This document shows positions 1 through 7,078 of a stretch of 42,643 nucleotides of DNA, one piece after another. Within the stretch, counting starts at the first letter, position 1. Each line of letters starts with the position of its first letter. Below the pieces are notes generated by a model. It was not told the origin of the DNA. It saw only the letters and a program-made list of their open reading frames with translations, and ran no database searches. This DNA comes from an uncultured Syntrophomonadaceae bacterium (GTDB lineage: Bacteria; Bacillota; Dethiobacteria; PWVN01): positions 1 to 42,643 of the forward strand of contig CAZIRG010000001.1 in NCBI GenBank assembly GCA_964541505.1, written 5' to 3'. The position numbers and the translations under genes are program-made.

Positions 1-53
1 AGAGCAACGCATGAGATAATTTTAAAAACAGCTCAATAGACCTGAGTAGTTAC
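1..53 (+). mobile_element. Right-hand end of a MITE-like element (family A), cut by the window edge. It ends in the terminal inverted repeat CTGAGTAGTTAC at 42-53.
   Basis: It is 52/53 identical to 22210-22262 and 52/53 identical to the reverse complement of 11413-11465. Confidence 0.75.
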
Positions 54-211
54 AAATTTTCTAGCAAGTGTATCAAGACTATCCTTTTCATTTTCTCATC
101 TGTTTACAGTAGCAAAACTTACATGTAATTCATGTGTAATCCATGTGCTAATTGTTCCTGACTCATACTCAATTCTGTTCGAACCTTTTTTACAATTTGA
201 GCAAAATTCAT
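54..211 (-). pseudogene. Decayed XRE-family helix-turn-helix gene, frameshifted, with an in-frame TGA and truncated by the MITE at 1-53
   Basis: The SD GGAGA lies 9 nt before ATG 211. Frame 1 reads MNFAQIVKKVRTELSMSQEQLAHGLHMNYM and stops at 119-121. A shifted frame continues SFATVNR-TGA-ENEKDSLDTLARKF, where the TGA at 96-98 sits at the position of the conserved Trp of the HTH_3 WE motif. That frame then runs into the TIR at 53. Confidence 0.45.
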
Positions 212-539
212 TTTTAATTATCTCCAGTTATTCCACTTATTATTCCGCTTACTATTATATATAATACTTGTTACATACTTTCCTAACAATATCTTAACTC
301 CAGTTCATGATTTTCGAAAAAGAATCCTTTAAAATCAAGGGTTATCAAGGTTATATAGTTTTCCTTCCTTAGATTTGCTCTCAGGAGATTATTTCGAGGA
401 TACTAAAAGGTGCTCTTTTTTTTTTAACGCAACTCTGCACTTTTGACTTCCATTTTATGTACTTTTATTATGCCATAAACAAGGAGGCTTAAAATGTCAG
501 CATCTATTACAACTTTGATGTAGCCCTACAGACTCTATT

Positions 540-1430
540 TTACATAACTTGTAAAATATTCAATTCCCGGGGAAGAACCTCTATTTCCCATGGAAGCGGC
601 GGACCTTTTTCTCCATCCAGATCAGTTCTTATTTTTACAGGGCTACTGACCGAAAACTCTTTTGCTTGGAAGTAAAGAACATTACTATCTGTTATATGCT
701 TTCCTGTTATTAATTTTAAAAATAAGTTTAAAAAATCAGCAGGAGAACACTTTTTAAAGATAAGACAATCCAGCAAACCATTTGTCAGGGAAGCTTTAGG
801 TGCCAAGTTATTGAAACTACCGGCAGACTTTCCGTTAAGGATTAAAAACAAAAAAGCTTCTCCCAGAAATATTTCTTTATCCGCAGCTTTAATTTTCATC
901 TCTACAGTTTTGAGCTTGGATATCTCTAATATTCCTTTTAAGTAATAGGCCAGCATCCCTAAATTGTTTTTTAATCTTTGGTCAACCTTCTGTCCGACAT
1001 CAATCAAAACCCCTCCGGACGCTATATTGATAAAATACGCAGCTCCTACTTTTCCCACATCAATAAAGAAACTTTGATTTAGTTTTATGTTTTCTATTCC
1101 CCAACCAAAACCAAGAGCCCGGGTTAGTAGGTTGCCGGCAAGGTCATTTGATGTGCCGGTAGGAATTATCCCCAACGGAGGCAAGGCAGTATAATTATAT
1201 TTTAGCAAAGAATTTAAAACCATATTTAACGTGCCATCTCCACCAGCCACAAAAATATACTGAAAGTTATTATTGTTAAACAGTGAAAAGAGCATCTCTT
1301 CCTTGTAATGTGTTCTTAACGGAACAATACAAATATTTCGACTCTGAAAATAAGCTATTACACGATCAAAATCATAAATAGTTTTTCCTGTGCCAGCTAC
1401 AGGATTATAGATAAATAGTGCTTTTTGCAT
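540..1430 (-). CDS. Diacylglycerol/lipid kinase family protein (YegS/BmrU/DagK-like)
   Basis: It carries the DAGK catalytic-domain signatures NPVAGTG and GGDGTLN. I start it at the internal ATG 1430 (MQKALFIYNP...) because the ORF-track start at 1490 would overlap nfo by 47 nt. Confidence 0.8.
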   Translation of the reverse strand: MQKALFIYNPVAGTGKTIYDFDRVIAYFQSRNICIVPLRTHYKEEMLFSLFNNNNFQYIFVAGGDGTLNMVLNSLLKYNYTALPPLGIIPTGTSNDLAGNLLTRALGFGWGIENIKLNQSFFIDVGKVGAAYFINIASGGVLIDVGQKVDQRLKNNLGMLAYYLKGILEISKLKTVEMKIKAADKEIFLGEAFLFLILNGKSAGSFNNLAPKASLTNGLLDCLIFKKCSPADFLNLFLKLITGKHITDSNVLYFQAKEFSVSSPVKIRTDLDGEKGPPLPWEIEVLPRELNILQVM

Positions 1431-1443
1431 ACTGAAAAATTGC

Positions 1444-2283
1444 TCACTCTTTTCCCCATAGTTTAAGAACTTCCCTGATATCTTCACCATACTCCCTATA
1501 ATTTTCTACAGGAGTTTCCAGAATAAAAGGCAAGGTAGAAAAAAAATCATCTTTTATTAAATTTTTTATACCTTCATCCCCCATATATCCTTGACCAATT
1601 CTAGCATGACGATCTTTGCCGCTACCCGGAGGAAAAAGAGCATCATTGAGATGCATCACTTTGATTATTTCCAAACCAAAATATTTATCTAGAGTGTCTT
1701 TTAAATCCAGTACCATCTCTTGTTTCCGAAAATCCCACCCGGCTGCAAACAAGTGACAACTATCAAGACATATCCCTAAATTTGGGTGTTTACCAAGATT
1801 ATCAACTATTATCTTTAAATCTTTAAGCAGACCAATTTCTGAACCTGAACCAGCCATCGCCTCCAATAAAAGAATACACTGCCCCTTAAAATCTCCCAGT
1901 TTTTCCTCTAAAGCAGTTGTTATCTTTTTTATACCTTCTTGGCGATCTTTGTTTCTCCCCGGGTGAACAACTAAATATTCTGCTCCTATTCTTTCTCCTC
2001 TAACCAAATCTTTGCCTACAATCTCCAGCGCAAAATTATAAACACTACTTTTTTCTGCTGCCATGTTAACTGTGTAAGGAAGATGTCCCATGATTGGAAA
2101 GATATTTTTTTTTGTTCTGGTTTTTGAAAAAAGATCTATTTCAGCCTTTTCTATACGACGTGCTTTCCCTCCTCTAGGGTTACGAGTAAAAAACTGAAAA
2201 GTATTTCCCTCTATTTCCTCTGTCATGCTGCAAGCTTTATCCAAGCCTTTAGAAATAGAAATATGTGCGCCTATTCTCCTCAT
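1444..2283 (-). CDS. nfo: Deoxyribonuclease IV (AP endonuclease 2 family)
   Basis: MRRIGAHISIS, VVHPG, LLEAMAGSG, CLDSCH and HLNDA are typical Nfo metal-site blocks. The SD AAGGAG lies 7 nt before ATG 2283. Confidence 0.9.
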   Translation of the reverse strand: MRRIGAHISISKGLDKACSMTEEIEGNTFQFFTRNPRGGKARRIEKAEIDLFSKTRTKKNIFPIMGHLPYTVNMAAEKSSVYNFALEIVGKDLVRGERIGAEYLVVHPGRNKDRQEGIKKITTALEEKLGDFKGQCILLLEAMAGSGSEIGLLKDLKIIVDNLGKHPNLGICLDSCHLFAAGWDFRKQEMVLDLKDTLDKYFGLEIIKVMHLNDALFPPGSGKDRHARIGQGYMGDEGIKNLIKDDFFSTLPFILETPVENYREYGEDIREVLKLWGKE

Positions 2284-2327
2284 AAAGCAACTCCTTAATT
2301 TAAATATCTAAAAAATGAATAAACATT

Positions 2328-2604
2328 AATAGACGCTGATTTAATATGATGAAATATGATGAAATATGATTTATTTTAAAATTATAACTGTAACTATTCA
2401 GGCACTAACGTAATAGTTAGAGATTGAATACCACTTTACAGTTTACGGGTTACAGTGATTACGAGGTTACAATTTGCTATACTATACAATAATTAACTGG
2501 CAACTGACAACTGGTTTATGATCCATTGTTCATCGGTTTTTAACCGGAAAATGGCTATAGCTGAATCGTTACTCATAACTAATCATAAAAAATCAGCGTC
2601 TATT
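2328..2604. repeat. Palindromic intergenic element (family B) with 15-bp perfect terminal inverted repeats AATAGACGCTGATTT / AAATCAGCGTCTATT. It is interrupted by a nested MITE.
   Basis: The left arm is 2328-2342 and the right arm 2590-2604. The left arm is followed by the 10-bp tandem unit GAAATATGAT x3 (2341-2370, first copy imperfect). Related GACGCTGATT arms occur at 27599-27610 and 32008-32176. Confidence 0.7.
2390..2572 (+). mobile_element. 183-bp MITE (family A-prime) nested inside the family B element
   Basis: The TIRs are GTAACTATTCAG (2390-2401) and CTGAATCGTTAC (2561-2572), matching 11/12. The flanking 8-mers are TTATAACT (2382-2389) and TCATAACT (2573-2580), matching 7/8. Both ends are near-identical to the reverse complement of 23559-23671, with about 70 bp of extra internal sequence. 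Confidence 0.75.
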
Positions 2605-2659
2605 TTTAAATGTTTTATAACTGATTTCATGCTTCAGTGCTGAAGTAGTTTCGCTAGAA

Positions 2660-2688
2660 TTGACAAGAAGCACTTAAAATCTTATACT
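2660..2688 (+). promoter_or_regulatory. Candidate sigma-A promoter for icd
   Basis: TTGACA (2660-2665), a 17-nt spacer and TATACT (2683-2688) lie about 65 nt upstream of the icd ATG. Confidence 0.45.
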
Positions 2689-2753
2689 TATATAATATCA
2701 CACAAGGGAACTTGATGAAAAGCTGTTTTTTATATCAACGAAGGAGGCATATT

Positions 2754-4220
2754 ATGAGTAAAAAAGAAATCGTCCCTGTTGCCAAAGGTGACGGTATCGG
2801 TCCGGAGATTATGGAAGCTTCCCTGCATGTCTTGCTGGAGGCAGGAGCCCAAATAGAACCTCTATTTGTAGAAATAGGTGAAAAAACATACCGTGCCGGG
2901 TGTACAACCGGCATTACAGATGAAACTTGGCAAATATTGCGGAAGTATAGAGCTTTCTACAAGGCGCCAATCACTACACCACAGGGAAAAGGATACAAAA
3001 GTCTTAACGTTACCATTCGCAAAGCACTCAGTCTCTATGCTAATGTGAGACCTGCTATCAGCTATGAACCCATTATTCCCTCTAAACATCCAGGCATGGA
3101 TATAGTTATTATTCGTGAAAACGAAGAAGACCTCTATGCAGGTATTGAGCACCAACAGACGCCCGAGGTTGTGCAATGCTTAAAACTAATTTCTCGTCCT
3201 GGTTGTGAACGTATTATAAAATACGCCTTTGAGTACGCTCGTGCCTACGGGCGTAAAAAAGTAACCTGCATGACCAAAGATAATATTATGAAACTTTCCG
3301 ATGGTCTTTTCCATAAAGTTTTTGAAGAAATAGCCACTGATTATCCTGACATTCAAAATGAACACTGGATTGTAGATATAGGTATCGCCAAGCTAGCCGA
3401 CACACCCGGTGATTTTGATGTAGTTGTAATGCCAAATCTCTATGGTGATATTGCTTCTGACATGACCGGTCAAATAGCCGGTTCTGTGGGTATCGCTGCT
3501 GGTGCTAATATTGGTAATAACTCTGCCATGTTTGAAGCAATCCATGGTTCTGCCCCACGCCTCGCTGGCCAAAACAAAGCTAACCCTTCTGGACTTCTGC
3601 TTAGCGGTGTCATGATGCTGGTTTATATCAATCAACCTGCTATAGCAGAGCGGGTTCATAATGCCTGGCTTAAAACAATTGAAGATCGTATTTGGACTTA
3701 TGATCTAACTCGTAAAGCCAAATCTGCCCAGAAAACAAACTTCACAGAAGTGGGAACAATGGAATTTGCTAAAGCTGTTGTCATGCGACTGGGGCAAAAA
3801 CCAGAACACCTTAAGCCAGCTGACTATGCTCAAAACATCTCCAACTTTAAAAAACCCCTACTTACCAACGTACGTAATACTGAGATGCAGCTTGATGGTG
3901 TGGATGTTTTCATTTGCAATGGAACATTTTCTGCAAATGAACTTGGTAAAAAGCTTACTCAACTAACTTCCAGTGAACTTCAACTGGTTATGATTACTAA
4001 CCGTGGTCAAAAAGTATATCCCAACGGTTTCCCTGAAACATTTTGTACTGATCACTGGCGTTGCCGTTTCCAGCCAACCGCAGAAAAACAGCAAATTACA
4101 CCTGCTGCTATCCGAAATCTTCTGGAAAAAATAGAGAAAAATAATCTCACCTGGATCAAGATAGAAAACTTGTATCTATTAGACGGACAACGTGCATATA
4201 GCCTTGGTCAGGGTCAATAA
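2754..4220 (+). CDS. icd: Isocitrate dehydrogenase (isocitrate/isopropylmalate dehydrogenase superfamily) with a C-terminal extension of about 140 aa
   Basis: KSLNVTIRKALSLYANVRP, NLYGDIASD and FEAIHGSAPRLAGQNKANPSG are ICDH-type blocks. The start is set at ATG 2754 (MSKKEIVPV), 6 nt after the SD AAGGAGG, rather than the ORF-track start at 2712. Confidence 0.85.
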   Translation: MSKKEIVPVAKGDGIGPEIMEASLHVLLEAGAQIEPLFVEIGEKTYRAGCTTGITDETWQILRKYRAFYKAPITTPQGKGYKSLNVTIRKALSLYANVRPAISYEPIIPSKHPGMDIVIIRENEEDLYAGIEHQQTPEVVQCLKLISRPGCERIIKYAFEYARAYGRKKVTCMTKDNIMKLSDGLFHKVFEEIATDYPDIQNEHWIVDIGIAKLADTPGDFDVVVMPNLYGDIASDMTGQIAGSVGIAAGANIGNNSAMFEAIHGSAPRLAGQNKANPSGLLLSGVMMLVYINQPAIAERVHNAWLKTIEDRIWTYDLTRKAKSAQKTNFTEVGTMEFAKAVVMRLGQKPEHLKPADYAQNISNFKKPLLTNVRNTEMQLDGVDVFICNGTFSANELGKKLTQLTSSELQLVMITNRGQKVYPNGFPETFCTDHWRCRFQPTAEKQQITPAAIRNLLEKIEKNNLTWIKIENLYLLDGQRAYSLGQGQ

Positions 4221-4313
4221 CGATACATATCAGAAAATCCTTCTTTTAATTAAGACCCAAGCAGGAAAATCACTACTCCTTCTTGAATCTTAAACTATCC
4301 GGAGGTGAGATTT

Positions 4314-4586
4314 GTGAGTTTGGAGTTAAAAAATTTAATGGAAGAGGTCGTTACGAGTACTTTGCCAGAAGTTTGGAAAAATATAGACATGTGCAAATGT
4401 GAAAAATGCCGCCTTGATATCATAGCTATAAGTCTTAATCATCTTCCTCCTCGTTATATCGTTTCACAACGAGGCGAAGTTTACTCTCGTACTGATTTTT
4501 TGGTACTGCAAAAGCGTGTTGATATCATGACAGCCGTTTCTAATGCCATCCACATCGTAAAAAAGAACCCCCATCATAAAGAATAA
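4314..4586 (+). CDS. ComFB-family protein (late competence development protein ComFB fold)
   Basis: It has the Cys cluster CKCEKCRLD and the LPPRY block typical of the ComFB family. GTG 4314 lies 8 nt after GGAGG (4301-4305), and the ORF-track start at 4305 is in the same frame. Confidence 0.7.
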   Translation: MSLELKNLMEEVVTSTLPEVWKNIDMCKCEKCRLDIIAISLNHLPPRYIVSQRGEVYSRTDFLVLQKRVDIMTAVSNAIHIVKKNPHHKE

Positions 4587-4633
4587 GATAAGTTTTCAGC
4601 TATGTGAAACCAGGCACACCTCTCTTTGTCAAA

Positions 4634-4659
4634 AGAGAGATACACTAGAGAGATACACT
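4634..4659 (+). repeat. Perfect tandem 13-mer AGAGAGATACACT x2, immediately after an 8-bp-stem hairpin (about 4619-4641)
   Basis: Read directly from the sequence. It lies about 50 nt upstream of the antitoxin start, so it could be an operator or terminator region. Confidence 0.6.
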
Positions 4660-4711
4660 CCCTCTTAAAAAATAGGTGTACCCTAATATCGAAACCAGGA
4701 GAAGATTACTA

Positions 4712-4945
4712 TTGGAAATAAGAAAAATTTTTCGTACTGGTAATAGTCAAGTAATTTCAATTCCCAAAGAAATGTTAAAAAAATTAAATCTGCATGAAGG
4801 CGATCAGGTAGTTTTAGAATTAAAAGATAAAACTATTAACATCTCTCTTCTAGCAGAAAAGTTGTCACAAAAGGACGGTTTTTCACAACAAATAGAAAGT
4901 TTTCTGAAACAATACGAGGAGGTTTTAGAAAAACTAGAAGAATGA
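4712..4945 (+). CDS. AbrB/MazE/SpoVT-type antitoxin
   Basis: GNSQVISIPKEMLKKLNLHEGDQVVLEL is a looped-hinge-helix (SpoVT_AbrB) signature. TTG 4712 lies 9 nt after AGGAGA, and the ORF-track start at 4676 is in the same frame. Its stop overlaps the doc start in an ATGA at 4942-4945. Confidence 0.75.
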   Translation: MEIRKIFRTGNSQVISIPKEMLKKLNLHEGDQVVLELKDKTINISLLAEKLSQKDGFSQQIESFLKQYEEVLEKLEE

Positions 4946-5328
4946 AAGAATTAAACGCAAAGGAAATTCTCTACATTCACTATATTCTAACTCAGAAAAA
5001 AGGACTACCTACGGGTTTAAGAGATATAAAGATGCTAAAAGCAGCTATTTTAAGACCCCACTCCAAGTTCCGCAATAAAGAGCTCTACCCAGATATTTAT
5101 GCTAAAGCTGCGGCTTTGACGCAATTTATAATCTGCGGGCGGCCTTTTAATTCCGCTAATACAGCTACCGGGATAACCATAGGTATTATGCTATTGCAGA
5201 AAAATAATCTTTTGCTGCAAACAACAAAAGAGGAAATGCTGGAAACTGCCAGAAAAATTGCCAATAATAACTTAAATGTAGAGGAATTGGGTCATTGGTT
5301 TAAAAATAATTGCCATAAAGTTTTATAA
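4942..5328 (+). CDS. Doc/Fic-family toxin homologue with a degenerate Fic motif
   Basis: It aligns along its length with phage P1 Doc. P1 GHIFNDANKRTA corresponds here to GRPFNSANTATG, so the catalytic His is Arg and the Lys-Arg pair is Thr-Ala. Confidence 0.75.
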   Translation: MKELNAKEILYIHYILTQKKGLPTGLRDIKMLKAAILRPHSKFRNKELYPDIYAKAAALTQFIICGRPFNSANTATGITIGIMLLQKNNLLLQTTKEEMLETARKIANNNLNVEELGHWFKNNCHKVL

Positions 5329-5784
5329 ATTCTGGGCAACAATCTTAGCTATATCTGAATAGGATATTATCCCCACGAGCTTCTTCTTCTCATTCACTAC
5401 TGGTAGCCTGCGTACATCATTGGCGTACATAATAAAGGCTACTTGTGCAATGGTGTTATCTGGAGCAGCAGAAAATATTTTTCCGCCATGATGAGAAACA
5501 ACAGATGCTACATCCTTTTCTGCTAGGGCTTTAAGTTTCTTTAAGTATTCTTCTTCTTTTTGTGGAAATAATGATGCACTATCACTGCCTATTATTTTTA
5601 TAGCTGAAGGCATGGACCTCTGTACTATATCGGCTTTTGTCACCATCTCAACAACTTCGCTATTCTCATTGACAACAGGTACGCCACTTATCTTATGTTG
5701 CAACATCAACCTTGCTGTTTCCGCCAGTTTGGTAGACATAGTTACTGTTATAACGTTTTTAGTCATTAGTTCTTTGATTAACAT
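5323..5784 (-). CDS. CBS-domain pair protein (stand-alone)
   Basis: Two CBS repeats are visible (MTKNVITV...ISGVPVV and NDVRRLPVVNEKKKLVGIISYSDI). The start is set at ATG 5784, 7 nt after GAGGAGG. Its stop codon overlaps the last sense codon of the convergent doc gene. Confidence 0.8.
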   Translation of the reverse strand: MLIKELMTKNVITVTMSTKLAETARLMLQHKISGVPVVNENSEVVEMVTKADIVQRSMPSAIKIIGSDSASLFPQKEEEYLKKLKALAEKDVASVVSHHGGKIFSAAPDNTIAQVAFIMYANDVRRLPVVNEKKKLVGIISYSDIAKIVAQNL

Positions 5785-5897
5785 AAATCTGCCTCCTCTT
5801 TTTGCTGGTTTTATCTGTTTACATCTTACCATTCTTTCTTTTTAATAGCAATAACAAAAACTCTAAAAAAACTAACTAAACGAGGTGGACCTCTAGC

Positions 5898-7058
5898 ATG
5901 CAAACTATGTACGAAAAAGGCTTAAAGTTTATGAAATACAGTAAAAAAAGAAATCTCTCACAGATTCTCTTTTTATTTATAGCCCTACTTTTTTTTCTCG
6001 CCTACAGGGGAGTAACCAGAGAATATCAAAGGCTAAATCCCATACAAAAAACAGCACAATTATACAATGATATTAATGCAGATGATTTAGTAATCACCAT
6101 AGGAGGAAATTTTAATCCTCGCACCTCTTGGTCCTTTTCTTTATTCTCTCATAACCTTTCTAATGCCCCTCTTTTCTGCCCACATATCACTGAAATCCTG
6201 CTTGCTTCTGATTTGAGGATTCTCTCATTAGCATCTCCCTTTATTTCCGAAAACCTTGTTCCTCTTGATAAATCTCTGGCACTGGGAATATCCTCAAAAA
6301 AAGCTTATTTACTGCAAGAAAATAATATTGATCTGGTGCAAATTTCCGGTAATAATATTTTAGATTTCGGTGTTCTTGGTTTGATTAATACCCTAACTCT
6401 GCTAGATGAGAAAAAAATAGCCGTAACCGGCGCCGGTCTAAACAAAAACGAAGCACTTACACCCTACTATTTTCACAACCCAAACCTTACCCTGGGAATC
6501 GTAAGCCTAAATGCTAACCCTCCTTCTGGTTGGGCAGCAGGAGAAAATCGCTTAGGTGTAGCTACTGCTGACAATGAAACAATTAAAAAACTCTTCTCGG
6601 AAATAAATGAAAAAGCAAATACTGTTTTAGCTTTAGTTTCCTTTGAAGATAGCAACAGTCCCCGTCCTACAAAAACTCAAAGAAATTTTGCTCATGCCCT
6701 GATAAATGCAGGTGCACATATTGTAATCGGTACAGGAGGAAACCTTGTGCAAGAAACAGAATTATATCAGCAAGGTATTATTTTTTATAACCTGGGCAAT
6801 ATCACTCCCTCGCAGGTAAGATTTAGTTATGCTAAAGAATCTATTTTATTGCAAATAATTCTTTCCCCTAGCGGGCAAAAGAGGTTTATTGCTTATCCCC
6901 TTTCCCTTGAAAGTGCCAATACTGAAATGCTCTTTTCAGGAGTACCAGAAAATATTATAAACCAGAAAATATTATGGAGACTACAAGGAGAAGCTCCCTG
7001 GCAAAGAAAAAATAATTTTTATTTCCTTGAATTACCATTTTCTCGCTTGCATTATTAA
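5898..7058 (+). CDS. capA: CapA/PgsA-family (PGA_cap) membrane protein lacking the conserved His residues
   Basis: It has an N-terminal TM helix and is collinear with B. subtilis PgsA (blocks GAGLNKNEA and FYNLGNI). However, GDIMMGR reads GGNFNPR, NNH reads NNI, HWG reads FED and GHHPHV reads GTGGNL. The SD GAGGTGG lies 9 nt before the ATG. Confidence 0.75.
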   Translation: MQTMYEKGLKFMKYSKKRNLSQILFLFIALLFFLAYRGVTREYQRLNPIQKTAQLYNDINADDLVITIGGNFNPRTSWSFSLFSHNLSNAPLFCPHITEILLASDLRILSLASPFISENLVPLDKSLALGISSKKAYLLQENNIDLVQISGNNILDFGVLGLINTLTLLDEKKIAVTGAGLNKNEALTPYYFHNPNLTLGIVSLNANPPSGWAAGENRLGVATADNETIKKLFSEINEKANTVLALVSFEDSNSPRPTKTQRNFAHALINAGAHIVIGTGGNLVQETELYQQGIIFYNLGNITPSQVRFSYAKESILLQIILSPSGQKRFIAYPLSLESANTEMLFSGVPENIINQKILWRLQGEAPWQRKNNFYFLELPFSRLHY

Positions 7059-7078
7059 CTTTCAGGTGGTGAAAAATT

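Noticed and set aside
96-98. TGA read as Trp (alternative genetic code) in the XRE relic
   Set aside because: TGA clearly serves as the stop of rqcH, lgt, divIVA and nrdD in this window. The relic also carries a frameshift and a MITE truncation, so decay is the simpler explanation.
2341-2370. The 10-bp tandem GAAATATGAT x3 as replication iterons or DnaA boxes
   Set aside because: It is too short and AT-rich, has no match to the DnaA box consensus and no adjacent replication genes. It is an internal feature of the family B element.
2712-2753. Longer N-terminal extensions offered by the ORF track, for example icd from 2712, lipid kinase from 1490, CBS from 5832, yicC from 24662, divIVA from 35494, sepF from 37198 and rqcH from 27712
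   Set aside because: In each case an internal start codon has a well-spaced GGAGG-type SD and gives the family-typical N-terminus. The extension would also overlap the neighbouring gene or a repeat. The extensions remain possible but are less likely.
5323-5328. Convergent gene overlaps (doc/CBS, and the rqcH/rluD 4-nt gap at 29503-29506) as evidence of mis-annotation
   Set aside because: Both partners in each pair have full-length family-typical sequences and natural C-termini. Tight convergent packing without terminators appears to be real here, so I note it only as context for the heptamer-tract finding.
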